The notes: generated by a model from the sequence alone, not told the origin. Counted from the first letter of the stretch, positions 51,506 through 64,000 are shown. The stretch is 64,000 bases of DNA from Antechinus flavipes (GCF_016432865.1 NC_067400.1:245148001-245212000), one strand, 5' to 3'. Numbers and translations: made by a program.

Positions 51506-52929
51506 TGGTTTTTCCCTTTTGCTGGCAACTTAGATTGAACAATCTAGTTGCCAGTTCTACTTGTCTGTCTTAGAAGTTTCTCAAAAATAATAAATATAGA
51601 AATTATTGGTGGCTCATTCTTTGTCCAAAAGGCAACTTTATCTTAGAATAATAGGATCAAAGACTTTGAAGAAACCTTCAAGAGCTTTTTACCAACCCTT
51701 TTATTTCCCAGAATTCTGAGAAACTTAGAATCTTGTTTGGCTTACTGAACTATTTCCTCCCTCCCCGAGTTTTTATGAAACATTGCATTTATTGACAGCT
51801 TTATAATTGTTTCTCAGGGGAAAAACATTTTTTGTATGACGTGTATAACTACAAAGATATTTGTGGATATGACCCAGTATACAGTGTATAGTATAAAATT
51901 TATTTTTATATCTTTCCACACATATGCACATAAATACATATAATAATATGTAAGACACATATGTACAATAGTCTTACAGATAGTTTTGTAAAGAAGCCAT
52001 CATTTCCTTTCTTTTCTATTCAACACATCAAAATTTTCTTTTTGGGCCAGGCTATGCAAAAATGGATTGTCATATTTTGTCAAATTTTTTTTCTGTATCT
52101 CTTGATATAATTATAACATTGAATTTTAATAGTTTAGTAGCTGATCTATTTACAATCTTGTAATCATCAATATTGTTATCTGTTTATTGTACTTTGTACC
52201 AATTCAGATAAGATCTATGTTATTGTTTTCATCATATCCATGGCTTCTAATAGCATAGTAACATTCTATTACATTAATATATATATATATATATATTCTA
52301 TTTATTCATTCACCAATAGATGTTCTACTTTGTTTCTAGTTCTTTGCTTCTACAAAAACTACTACTATAAATATTTTGGTTCATATTATACTTTTCTTTT
52401 TATCAGTGGCCTCTTTGGGAATTATGCCTACTAATGAGATAGGTGTATCAAAAAGTTTGGACACAAAATCATTTTCTTAGCATCATTCCAAATTGCTTTC
52501 CAAAAAGGTTAGACCAATTTGCCACCTTATCAACAATGTATTAGTGTGCCTTTCTTTCCACAATCCTTCCAATTATTTTTTTTTATCATCTTTGCTAGTT
52601 TGCTGAATGCAAGATGAAAATTTGGAATTTCATTGACTGATATCTTGTTTTTATTTATGAATTAGTAATTGTTTTATAGTTGTTAAGTTTGAAAAGTTTT
52701 CTGGAGTTCATATTCTTTTGACCAGTTATTCTTTAGAGAATAATAATAAGTAACATTTATATAGTGATTTAATGTTTGGAAAGAACTTAACAAATCTTAT
52801 CTCATTTTATCCTAACAACAACCCCAGGATGTTTCCTATTTTACAAGCAATAAAACAGGAATAAAGTTGTTATTGTTCCCATTTCACAAATGAGGACACT
52901 AAAGCAAACAGAATTAAAATGATTATTCT

Positions 52930-53295
52930 AGGGTTTTTTGTTCAATCATTTTTAATCATGTGCAACTCTTTGCAATCACATTTGGGATTTTATTGACAAA
53001 GATACTCAAGAAGTTTGAAATTTCCTTCTTTAGCTCATTGTATAGATAAGGAAACTGAGGCAAATAGAGTTCAGTGACTTGACCAGGTTCAATGATTTCA
53101 ACTCAGGAAGATGAGTCTTCCTTCCTCAAGTCTAGTGGACTTGGGTTCATTGCTCCACTTTGCTGTCTACTTTTCAGGATATATATTATATATATATACA
53201 TATATATATACACACATAGCTGGTAAATGCTGAGGTCAAATTTGAACTGAAATCTTTCTAAATCAAAGGCTAGTTTTCTTATCTGGGCTGCCAAA
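52930..53295 (-). mobile_element. MAR1-type CORE-SINE containing an (AT)-rich microsatellite
   Basis: tttgggattttattgacaaagatact...ctcattgtatagataaggaaactgaggcaaatag is the reverse of the 35490-35730 family. Confidence 0.75.
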
Positions 53296-53496
53296 AATGA
53301 TTTTTGATCTTATATATTTGTGCTAATTCCTAATATATTGTGGATATCAGATTCTTAGCAGATATATTTAATACTAACAATTTTTTCCAGACACTTCTTC
53401 TCTTGTCTTGGTTATAGTAATTTTGTAATTGACTATTATCCTTTTTATAGTTAAGAAGTTTTCCCTTAGCCAAAATTGTAAAAAGTTTATGGTCCA

Positions 53497-54736
53497 CAAA
53501 GATGAACTAAAGACCATTATCGATCACAAAATAGAAAATTTTGATTATATCAAATTAAAAAGCCTTTGTACAAACAGAACGAATGCAAACAAGATTAGTA
53601 GGGAAGCAACAAACTGGGAAAACATCTTTACAATTAAAGGTTCTGATAAAGGCCTCATTTCCAAAATATATAGAGAACTGACTCAAATTTATAAAAAATC
53701 AAGCCATTCTCCAATTGATAAATGGTCAAAGGATATGAACAGACAATTTTCAGATGAAGAAATTGAAACTATTACCACTCACATGAAAGAGTGTTCCAAA
53801 TCACTATTGATTAGAGAAATGCAAATTAAGACAACTCTGAGATATCACTACATACCTGTCAGATTGGCTAAGATGACAGGAAAAAATAATAATGAATGTT
53901 GGAGGGGATGTGGGAAAACGGGGACACTAATGCATTGTTGGTGGAGTTGTGAACGAATCCAACCATTCTGGAGAGCAATCTAGAATTATGCCCAAAAAAT
54001 TATCAAACTGTGCATACCCTTTGATCCAGCAGTGTTTCTATTGGGCTTATACCCCAAAGAGATACTAAAAAAGTGAAAGGGACCTGTATGTGCCAAAATG
54101 TTTGTAGCAGCCCTGTTTGTAGTGGCTAGAAACTGGAAATTGAATGGATGCCCATCAATTGGAGAATGGCTGGGTAAATTGTGGTATATGAATGTTATGG
54201 AATATTATTGCTCTGTAAGGAATGACCAGCAGGATGAATACAAAGAGGCTTGGAGAGACCTACATGGACTGATGCTAAGTGAGATGAGCAGAACCAGGAG
54301 ATCATTATACACTTCGACAATGATATTGTATGAGGATGTATTCTGATGGAAGTGGATTTCTATGACAAAGAGACCTAACTCAGTTTCAATGGATAAATGA
54401 TGGACAGAAACAGCTACACCCAAAGAAGGAACACTGGGAAATGAATGTGAACTATTTGCATTTTTGATTTTCTTCCCGAGTTATTTTTACCTTCTGAATC
54501 CAATTCTCCCTGTGCAACAGGAGAACTGTTCGGTTCTGCAAATATGTATTGTATCTAGGATATACTGCAACATATTTAACATATATAGGACTGCTTGCCA
54601 TCTTGGGGGGGGGGGGTGGAGGGAGGGAGGGGAAAAAAACGAAACATAAGCGAGTGCAAGGGATAATGTTATAAAAAAATTATCCTGGCATGGATTCTGT
54701 CAATACAAGTTATTATTAAATAAAATAAAATTTAAA
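53497..54736 (+). mobile_element. Young 5'-truncated L1 (1240 bp), ORF2 C-terminus with Cys-rich motif, 17-bp TSD
   Basis: TSD aaaaagtttatggtcca at 53480-53496 and 54737-54753; CWRGCGKTGTLMHCWWSC; frame broken by two nonsense codons and no visible frameshift. Confidence 0.95.
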
Positions 54737-56739
54737 AAAAAGTTTATGGTCCAGTTTTCTTCTACTACACTTTTAAATGTATAACTTTTTATGGTTAGGT
54801 CATATATAAATTTTTAGCTTATTGTAGAATATGATATAACTTATTGGTCAAATTTTTGTTTTCATCAAATTCCTTTCCAGTTTTCTTAGCAATTTTTGTC
54901 AAAAATAACATATGTTCTTGGGTTTATTGAACTTGAGGTTATTGAATTTAATTGTTATTCTTATTTATTTTTTCCTTTTTCTTTCTATTTTTTTCAAATC
55001 AGCAATAAGTATAAAAGAGATTTGAGATTGTATCTTCCTTCTTTCTGTGTTCTTTATGAAGAATATACTAAAAACATAGGTGATATAAAAACAAAAGATG
55101 TCAATTTGAAATTTTAAAAATAAAATTAAAATAATTATAATAATTATAATTATTATTTTGATGAACCTCAGAATACCAATCAATATATCAATAAACAAGC
55201 ATTAAATAAATGCCTACTCTGTATCATGCATTATGCAAGAATCTAGAGATATGATACAGATGAAATTGTCTCTAATCTCAAAAATCTCATATTTTATCAG
55301 AAAAATAGTAGACAGAAACAATTAAATTTGTGTCTTAATACAGATTGAATAAAAAATAAATTTAAATTAGTTTATGGGGGAGGCAGAAAAGATACCATGT
55401 AGGAGATACCGACTGAGTTGAGTCTTGAAGGAAATAAAGAACTCTGAAGTAGAGATAAAGAGGCAGATCACAGACAATAGTTAGTAGAAAGGTGTAGATA
55501 GGAGAGAGAACATCAATTACATGTTAAGAATAGCAAGAAAATAATTTTGGTTAGATAGTAGGGTGTGAGAAAAAAATGGTGAATAATAAGGCTAGAAAGG
55601 AAAATTGTTTATGAAGAACTTTAAAAGGAATTTATATTTTGTCTTAGAGGTAGTAGTGGGAAACTGGAATTTATTGACTGAAACTGTCAGACCTGTGTTT
55701 AAGGAAACCATACTCGTTTTAAAAAGGAGAAAACTAAGGTATGTTCTGATGATTGATGATACAATACAGGTGAAAATCTGATGCTTTTCTGGCACAGCTG
55801 TATAGTTAAGAAGATAATTAAACCAACTATACCAGAACAATTGTATCTATGAGAAAAAAGTTTCTAAAAGAAAACTTTTATCCCAATGAATCTCCAACAA
55901 TTTGATTAACCAACTGGTAATTTATGAACCCAAACAAATGCAAGGTCAATAATTTTAGCCATGCTGGGAATTGAGGACCTTTGAAATATATAGGCTTGTT
56001 ATGTTCTTGGGTCACAAGGTTGGGGGGGGGGTCAAAATTTGAAGATTTGAAGGTCTTCAAATCTCTGTAAGTTAGAAGGAGCAGTTATGATTAGAAAATG
56101 CTGGCATGTCCCTTGTATTCTTAAGGGTTAGCAAGCATTTCTAAAAGGAATGATGCATATAATTGGTTAAGTATGGTACAGTGAAATAAACACTGTATTG
56201 AGCTGGTTATCTAATTCTGCCCTTTCCACTGTTTATTATTTAACTTTAGCATGTCACTTTTCTTTCATTTCCCATTTGTAAATTGGGAGAGTAGAACTCC
56301 ATTTCAAAGGTTCCTTCTAACTCGAACTTTCAATAATCAGATTTTTCTCTAAATATTTCTTGGTCCGACCCCAATACAGAATTTCTCTGTGGAATTCTTT
56401 TTTTTTTTTTTTTAAATCATCTCCTGAACTTTGGGAGCTCATTCTGGATCCTCTTAATAAAGGTCAAGGAACATAGTAGTCTTACTATGAAAGGTTGAGG
56501 AACTCGGTAATAGAAGGTGAGGACTTAGACACAATGTAGAATAACAGAATTTCAAATCTGGAAAGGATCTTAGAGGCGGTCTAATCCACTCTTACTTAGA
56601 GTAAGAATCTAAGTAAGAATACCTCTCTCTGGTATCTAGTATAAGTATAAAGTAAAATCAGGAGCGTGTAATATTTTTGAGGATGAGGAAAAGTGAAAAT
56701 ATGAGATCATCCTAGTAATTTTCATGATTATCTTATTAA

Positions 56740-57125
56740 TGCTTTCAACTGCCCCTCTATAGAACATGTGGTGAAATATACAAAAGTGAATCTTCACCAC
56801 AACATACCTTTCAAGTGAAGATCCAGCCTCTATTTAAAGATCACTGATGAGGGGGAAGCTTTGTGTAAAGAGCTTTTATGATTAGGATGCTGTTTTTGTA
56901 TCAAATTTTAACCTGCTTCTTTACCATGTTCACTTTTCTGGTTCCAATTTTGTCCTCTGTAGTCAAAGAAAACAAGTCTACTTCTTCTGTGTGACAAATA
57001 CTTCATGGAATTATTTTTCTAGACTAAACATTCCCAGTTCTTTCACTTGGTCTTGGTGATATGACACTGTGATGATCTTGAGGATCTTTCCATCCTGGTT
57101 AAACTACTCTGGATACTCTCTGAAT
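56740..57125 (-). mobile_element. CR1/L3-like LINE remnant
   Basis: ctagactaaacattcccagttctttc...ttccatcctggt...actctggatactctc resembles reverse CR1/L3 RT text; heavily decayed. Confidence 0.45.
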
Positions 57126-57372
57126 TATGAATATTAAAATGAGATTACTTGCTAGTCCAGAAAACATTTGTCTGCATCCAGGCTTTGTTTCCATTTTTTA
57201 TAATAGAAATAGAGCAAAATATAAGGAAATAATCCCCTTTCCCTTGGTGGGAATTAATTATATGTCCTTTTCAATGTGCCTTTAAAGATTTTAGTGTGAA
57301 ATTATGAAGTATGACTACTATTGATAGTATTTTCAGCCTGTAAACTAATGAGGATAAACTAGGAGTAACAGC

Positions 57373-57508
57373 TATATATATATATATATATATATATACA
57401 TACATACATATATATATGCATGTGTATACACACTTGTACAATATATGATATACATACATGTGTGCCTATATGTAAGTTAATATAGGACTATATCTACATA
57501 TATACATG

Positions 57509-57540
<32 letters not shown>
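57373..57540. repeat. Compound (TA)n/(CATA)n/(AC)n microsatellite cluster
   Basis: Read directly. Confidence 0.9.
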
Positions 57541-57542
<2 letters not shown>

Positions 57543-58328
57543 CACAAGTGCTATACAAGTAAAAATTATTATACTAGACTATGTGGTACAAGTACAATAA
57601 ATGGCAGTGTGTTACACTGGATTTGACTTAAAAGTAAGAAGATCTAGGATCAATTCCTGGCTTGTCATTTGCTAATGATAGAGTTTTAAGAATTTTTCTC
57701 CATAGGATTTAGGGAATGAACATCTTCATTTTTCAGATGAGTAAAGAAGCTAAGCGTAGATAACATGACTGATTCAAAGTAAAAAACCTAGTAAGTAGCA
57801 GAGTCAGGATCTGAGACTATATTTTTGGACTATAGATCCAATGTTTCTACTATACCTTTTTTGTTCTATTGTGTGAGCTTAGGTAAACTATTTAATTTTT
57901 TGAAATCTTCAGTTTCGTTATTTATAAAATGGAGTAATTTTTAAAACCAAGATTTTAAATAGTAGTCTAGCTCAAAAAGTCAGGCTTCCTTTTTTTTTTT
58001 TTTTTTTTTTTCCTAATCACCCTGATAAAACAAAACCTATCTCACCTTAGTCTGGATCCTTCCTGGTAGCCAGGTCTGTGTTATTTTTTAGCTTTATTCT
58101 TCATTTGTTGAAAGGGATACCTACAGGATTAGTATTAGGAAAAGTTTACTGTCTAGTTTAATATAATAAAATTCCTTTATTCATTTATTTAAAAATTGGA
58201 AAGGCAGACCCACTCTGATTAGGTTGGATTAAATCAGACATTGGTGGAGTTCAGCAGGATATTAATGTCATTCATTTGTTGGAGAAAGGAGAATGGCAAA
58301 TGCAGCTTCAAATGGCAAGGGAAGAGGG

Positions 58329-58332
<4 letters not shown>

Positions 58333-58374
<42 letters not shown>
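58333..58374. repeat. (GT)21 microsatellite ~1.4 kb into intron 1
   Basis: Read directly. Confidence 0.95.
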
Positions 58375-58375
<1 letters not shown>

Positions 58376-59750
58376 GGTGGCGGGGAAGAGAGGGAAACAT
58401 CAATACTTTTCATTTTACTCTAGGCTTCGATTTTAACTCTGTCTCAACAGAAAGCAAGCTACATTTTTTTTTTTTGGAATGATTCAAACCATACAGTTTT
58501 GGTAGAGCATCATGTTCCCCCTCCCCCATCCCCATGATCCACTTTCAATGCTATTCCTTTTATATCAGTGAAGACCTGGCAGCTGTATCTGATTCACTGC
58601 AAAATCTAAAGATTTATCCAGGGTATAATTTTACCTCACATTTTTGTCCTCAAGAAAAATTTAAAGGTACTTCAATCTGCTCAACCTTAAACACAATTTG
58701 GGGGTGGGAGGAGGGCATTCCCTGCCAATCAGAATGAAACAAAGGATATCATAAATGCTTGTTCACGTTAGAGTTCATTTTCAGATAGGGAGAAGGCAAT
58801 TTTTGATTCTTTTTCTAAGTGAATATGAAGGGCACATGCTCAAGAAGAGGGAGAAGGGAATGAAATAACAAACTAGAAAAATATATTAACATGGATGTTT
58901 GGAATTTGGCAAAGCAGAAGTAGCACAATATCAATGTAATTTACAAAGATAAATTCTCTTGGAGATTACCTACCCTACAGACAGGGATGGAACAGTCCTT
59001 TCCATTTCCAACAGTCTGGGTCTGTAATCTCCCAAGCTACCTCCTGTTAACTGTATTTGAAATAATACTTGCTTCTTGGCTTACTGAGGATGCAGAATAG
59101 CTCAGATATTAAAATACACAAATATACTAAATCTTATGTATATAATATGTGCATGTCTCTGTGCAATTGCTTGTCTTAACTGAAAGTAAATTTAAAATTA
59201 ATTTCATTAATAGCAACAACCTATTAGTTTAAAAAAAGGGGGGGTTGCTTTAGAAGCAAGGAAAAAAGCTTTGTCCCTATAATCTTCGTTCTCAAGGAAT
59301 ACATCATATTTTCACCATCACTTAACAGTCTCTTTTGTAAAGGATGAAAACTGGAAAAAGACCTCTCTCTCCACATGCTAAAGTTGGCACAGAAGTGAAA
59401 ACACTGGCACTATACAGAAGCCTGGGGAAGAATCCAAGAAAACAATTATCATAGGCATTTGCATGCTGACCCAGGAGTTCATGCAGCACGAAGACCTTGC
59501 TATTCTTTCCAAGAAGAATCATTTCCCCTTGGAAACCCAGGGGAGGCACAGAGTGGCAGATTCCTTTCAACCAATGTACTGGGCCATCTGCCATCAGGAC
59601 CATTCAAACCCTGAGAGTCACCCCTAATCGGTAAGCAGCAGATGCAATATACAGCACTCAGAAAGCTAAGACACAGAAAATATGGAAAGGGGAATATACA
59701 TTTCCGAAGAGCTTTCTGCCAAAAAGACAAGGATAGAGAAGTAAGGGTAC

Positions 59751-59819
59751 CTTTTGAATTCTTCCATCAATATCCAAATAAATTGCCTTGGGCCGGTAAG
59801 TTGAAAAGCCAGATCCCAT
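59751..59819 (-). CDS. PDE9A: PDE9A first coding exon (69 nt, [23 protein letters not shown])
   Basis: ATG at 59819-59817; translation matches the recalled PDE9A N-terminus [23 protein letters not shown] at 21/23 positions; ends AAG|gtaccc, phase 0. Confidence 0.97.
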
Positions 59820-59870
59820 CTTCTGCTGAGCAGCTTACTTTTTACTGTACTTTCCAAATGCCCCAGCAGT

Positions 59871-59931
59871 CTAAAGGGAGAGAGTGGGAGGGAGAAAGGA
59901 AAGGGGGGGGGGGTGTTGGGGAAGATTAACC
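59871..59931 (-). promoter_or_regulatory. Candidate 3' splice site upstream of the ATG exon (branch point, ~45-nt pyrimidine tract, TAG)
   Basis: Minus strand reads ggTTAATcttccccaacaccccccccctttcctttctccctcccactctccctttAG|ACTGCT; the 51 nt to the ATG contain an in-frame TAA. Confidence 0.55.
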
Positions 59932-61477
59932 AACCAGAGCTGAGCCACCACAGCCGGATTTCTTAGTGTTTCTGCTCTATATAATAGAGGGTTCAGTGCT
60001 TATGGCCCCTAATCAATCAAGCTGTATTTTGACCACTTGCTTCTCTCTCCTCCCCCTCTCTTCCTTTTCCTTTTCTTAGTCTCCCTTTTTTTTCCTCTCC
60101 CCTTTCCATTCACTCTATTGTGGATCATGAGAGAAGGAACTTTGGACATCAGGACAGGATAGCCAAGACTATAATGTTTTGTAGGAAGATGTGTATTTCT
60201 TCTAGTCCAAGAATGTGGAAAGATTGAGAAGTGATGAGAGTCAAGGTCATGGGACATTTGTTATCAATAAGATGCAGATTCCAGTGGCCCCAATAGAATA
60301 GGAAGACTCGAAAGAATCTGGGCTATGAAGGGGCAATCGTGAGATGGAGAAGTAGAAGGGGCAAAATATTTTCATTGTATAAATGTTGCCTCGGATAAGT
60401 AGAACAGTAACTGGGAATCTGACCCCCATAGCAGAGGAGTTGATCAATTAAAAAAGGCCATCTACCTTCTGGGATCCTGTGATAATTGAGTCTGGAATCA
60501 ATACCTCTGTCAGTAGCCCAGGATCTCCCAAGGTTCTGAAGCCTTGATGCCAATGGAAAAATAAGGGGATCATTAGGTTTTTTAAGATTAGTTTGAACCC
60601 ATGTTCTGTACTCATGCTGGTCTTTCCTGAAATCTTCCCTCTCCAGAATATACTCTTGATTCTTCAGATTTTTCTCTACCATGCCTCTAAACAGTTTTTT
60701 TTTTCATTGATGTTATTCCCCAATTATCATATAAGGTCCTTGAAGACGAGCCTTTTTTTTTTCTTCCTTGTATTCTCTTCCCATTGGTGAAAATGATGCC
60801 CTGAATAAAGGGAAGGGTGGAGTTAGATGAAAAGCTGAACTTTACTTTTCAGCCAGTCCTCTTTGGAGGACTAATCATTAAGGTACTTCTGATTTTCACT
60901 TTCAAGAGAGGGGGTTTAAGATGTCAATACCACTTCAGGTTTCTGAAGGAAAAGACTGGGAAAACATGAAAGGAGCCAATAGTCTTCAACACATCCCTGA
61001 TCCCCAACTTGCTACTCTAGAAACATCAAGGAGTTTCCACTTAGATGAAATCAAAGGCATTTTATCTTATTTGAGCTAAATTATTCCAAAGGGAAAACTC
61101 ATTCACTCTGTATTGTTTTATGCACATTTCCTCTCATTTCTGTTTTGCTACAATTTGGATAATAATCATCATTATTTGCTATGTATATTTGTTGTGGAAC
61201 TGGTATTAGGTGGGATGGGGTCAAGCTTTGGATATAGAGCTTGGGATCTTCCTTTCTCATTAAATGATAAAACAATCAAAAATTAGATATTCCCTAGACA
61301 AACAATATTTAAGGGAACAACATCTATAATTCTGGTCTGCCCAGTACTCTTCTTTCTGAGGAGAGAGCAGGGTAGCATCCAGCCCTAACCTTCTGCTTTA
61401 CCTTCGAGCAGGACTGAAAGTTTCTCTTAAAGAAACTTTCTTGGGTGTGTGTGGGAGGACAGGAGCCAGGTGGGAGG

Positions 61478-61645
61478 NNNNNNNNNNNNNNNNNNNNNNN
61501 NNNNNNNNNNNNNNNNNNNNNNNNNNNNNNNNNNNNNNNNNNNNNNNNNNNNNNNNNNNNNNNNNNNNNNNNNNNNNNNNNNNNNNNNNNNNNNNNNNNN
61601 NNNNNNNNNNNNNNNNNNNNNNNNNNNNNNNNNNNNNNNNNNNNN
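61478..61645. other. Assembly gap (168 N)
   Basis: Run of n; the left flank is G-rich. Confidence 1.
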
Positions 61646-63699
61646 CTTTCCTATAAGCCACTCCACTCCCACTATCTCATTCTGATATATGTAGTTTCTC
61701 TCCATTAGAATATTTTTTTTGGTCACTTATTTGGTTAGAATTTTTTTTTTCTTAAAGTTGGAACAATTTACTTTCTGTCCTGTATTACTTCAGTTATATT
61801 CCCCCCCCCCCCATTAACCTTTTGTGTTTCAAATGGAGTTAATTAACTACACCTGTAACCCCAAATCACTTTAGATTTTTATTGAATCATCAATAAAAGC
61901 TAGTACAAGCCTTTTGGGGCTACTTGTTCAGATTTTTAAGGCTTTAAATTCGTTAAAATCTGTGATTATTTTATATTAACCTTTTGATTAGAAAGTTGAA
62001 GGATCTTCCTTTTGCATACCAATATTTTTGTATTCGTGAATCATAAGGTCATCTTCTTTTGTCTCAGTTCTTAGCTACTCCTTAGTGATTGCATGCCCAG
62101 TGCTTGAGATAAATAAACTGAGATTTGGAAACTATTCCTGATTTAGAAAGAAAGCTTTGACATTTTTTTTTCCTGTGGCTAGGATTATTCCAGAAGTGAG
62201 ATTTCCACACCCCCCCCCATTTTGGAAAAGATTTGTTTACATTATTATCTTTTATTTTTCTCATCATAGAAAGTAAAACTTTTTTAGCATCATAATTTTA
62301 TTTCTTCTTGATTATTTCCTGGGTACTTTTTTCACGTAATTTTTATTTCTTTATATCATGTTTCTCAAGGTATAATAGCTTAGCTTCATAATGTTATATT
62401 GATACATAAAAACATATTGATACTGTTTCTGTGATATGAATTCGCATCTTTTACTGTAATACTATAATAAAGTAAAATTATTTAAGTACAGCATACTAAT
62501 TGAATAGCCCATCATTGCTTCAACATAGTACATTTGTTAACTGTATGAATATTTGTGTATTAAGGTGGGTACATGTGGAACAACTTTTAGAAGAGGTATG
62601 AGCTAAGATACTTCAGGAGTACTTTTTTCTTTTGTAGTTGAAAAGCAAAGAAACCTCTTAATAAAAGAAATAGATCTATTTTAAGGATATTGAGCAGAAA
62701 GTTGAAAGGGCTGGATGATCATACAATTAAAACCACTGATGTGAAGGCAAGGTGAGATAGCTCAGGAAGTTGTTATAATTCTGCCTGAAAATTTGACCAT
62801 GGAGATATTTCTGAGGAATTAACAATATGAATTCAGTTATTCCTGGGAATTTCAGACTTGTCCAACCTTTAAGGATGAGGAACCATTTAAAGAAATTGTA
62901 GCCTTTCTAATCCAAGAAGGCATTGCTATGGAGAGAGTGAATATCACAATTATATTGAGGAATTCTATTTCATTAATGAATAAGGCAGAGGCTATATCTT
63001 GTGTGATTTACAAAGACCATATGCTCCTAATTGATAGAACTATTTCCACCAAAAGAACAATCTTGGGACATTTGAGTTGGACCCACAAAAGTGGGCCCAA
63101 GATTTTGAAAGATCCCTGAGGTTGCTCAAGTGATGGACATGTCAGACAGTCTTAGGCAGATAGCTGCAAAGGCAGTGGATACCTCTTAGAGGTAAGAGCA
63201 GATGTCACTTGAAGAGAATGAATATAAACTTTAGCTCAGATGTTTGAGGGGATGCCATATCTATAGACTCATATGCTAATTTTGTCACTAATATTGTGCA
63301 GCACCTGTTGAGTTCTTCCTCAAAGAGAAGCAACCTGTGCAAAGACAGATACAGATGGACTCTCCATCCTGAAAATGCTGGAAAAATCACATTGCTGAAA
63401 TTGTTCCAGAGCTTGGTACTTGACCCTCGTGCATCTGATTTGGAGTACATATGATGGGATAATGTCAAGCACATATAAATAAATGTTAATTGTTATTTTT
63501 TTATCCCCTCCACAGCATGGAATACAATATTTTTAAGTTCTTTACATTTTTTTTCCCCTGAAGAGATCATTGGATGATACTTTTGTAGGAAAAAAATATT
63601 TTTTTTCCAACTGAGATTGTCCCATGATTCTGCTTGACTAATTTAAGGCCAGTTGCATAACCAAATGTGCAGAAGCACAGGTAGATGATTAACTCTATT

Positions 63700-64000
63700 A
63701 AGACACATGGAGAATTACATTGAATTCCCAATCCCTATATTTTTGCCTGCCTGCATTTTAAAAAATTTTCTTCACAGGCTAATTGTACAATATTTCAGAG
63801 TGAGATTCTTTTTGTACAGCAAAATAATGGTTTGGACATGTAAATTTATTTTGTATTTAATTTATACTTTAATATATTTAACATGTATTGGTCATCCTGC
63901 CATCTGGGGATGGGGTGGGGGGAAGGAAGGGAAAAATTGGAACAAAAGGTTTGGCAATTGTCAATGCTGTAAAATTATCCATGTATATAACTTGTAAATA
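63700..64000 (+). mobile_element. L1 3' UTR fragment cut by the window end
   Basis: Collinear with 20850-21125. Confidence 0.88.

Larger units (their letters stand above)
1..59870 (-). other. PDE9A: PDE9A transcription unit (5' part; catalytic-domain exons presumably lie beyond position 1)
   Basis: Four collinear in-phase exons; introns of 18.4 kb, 3.8 kb and 11.0 kb, then more than 26 kb with no further PDE9A exon recognised. Confidence 0.9.

Noticed and set aside
53429-53983. Longest ORF in the window (184 aa)
   Set aside because: L1 ORF2 fragment read through from flanking DNA, not a host gene
59642-59929. 95-aa plus-strand ORF overlapping PDE9A exon 1
   Set aside because: Antisense shadow of a real exon plus a purine tract; no recognisable product
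59975-59992. TATA-like tatataat ~160 nt upstream of the PDE9A ATG
   Set aside because: Better match on the plus strand than on the gene strand, and such words are common in AT-rich DNA; it remains the alternative if the upstream-exon model fails
61398-61726. Five ORFs spanning the N gap
   Set aside because: Artefacts of N translation
63330-63360. VQRQIQ resembles filovirus nucleoprotein KVQRQIQVH, and KSRCHL near 63195 resembles a bornavirus L segment
   Set aside because: Six-residue matches only, in different frames; flanking residues do not align to the recalled viral sequences and stops are adjacent

Overview
Marsupial genomic DNA, probably a dasyurid (inferred from WSINE1/MAR1-type CORE-SINEs and the L1 3' ends; not confirmed). 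The window holds the 5' half of PDE9A (cGMP-specific phosphodiesterase 9A) on the minus strand. Four short coding exons, all missed by the ORF track, were found by eye at 59819-59751, 41324-41254, 37465-37388 and 26409-26366. All have GT-AG boundaries and compatible phases, and splice to [87 protein letters not shown]. The rest is intron or upstream DNA dense in L1, L2, RTE, CORE-SINEs, LTRs and microsatellites, with a 168-N gap. Best leads: (1) the ATG exon has a textbook 3' splice site and no CpG island, and a candidate non-coding first exon sits beside the gap; (2) a young-looking pogo-superfamily DNA transposon with 35-residue catalytic spacing is nested in an L1; (3) a class III (ERV-L-like) gag-pro-pol fossil regains its RT frame when a nested LTR is removed; (4) a provirus is collapsed to LTR + tRNA-Glu PBS + 16 bp of the other LTR. 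I found no convincing wholly new biological system. Family names and comparisons with human PDE9A are from memory, and many repeat boundaries are approximate.
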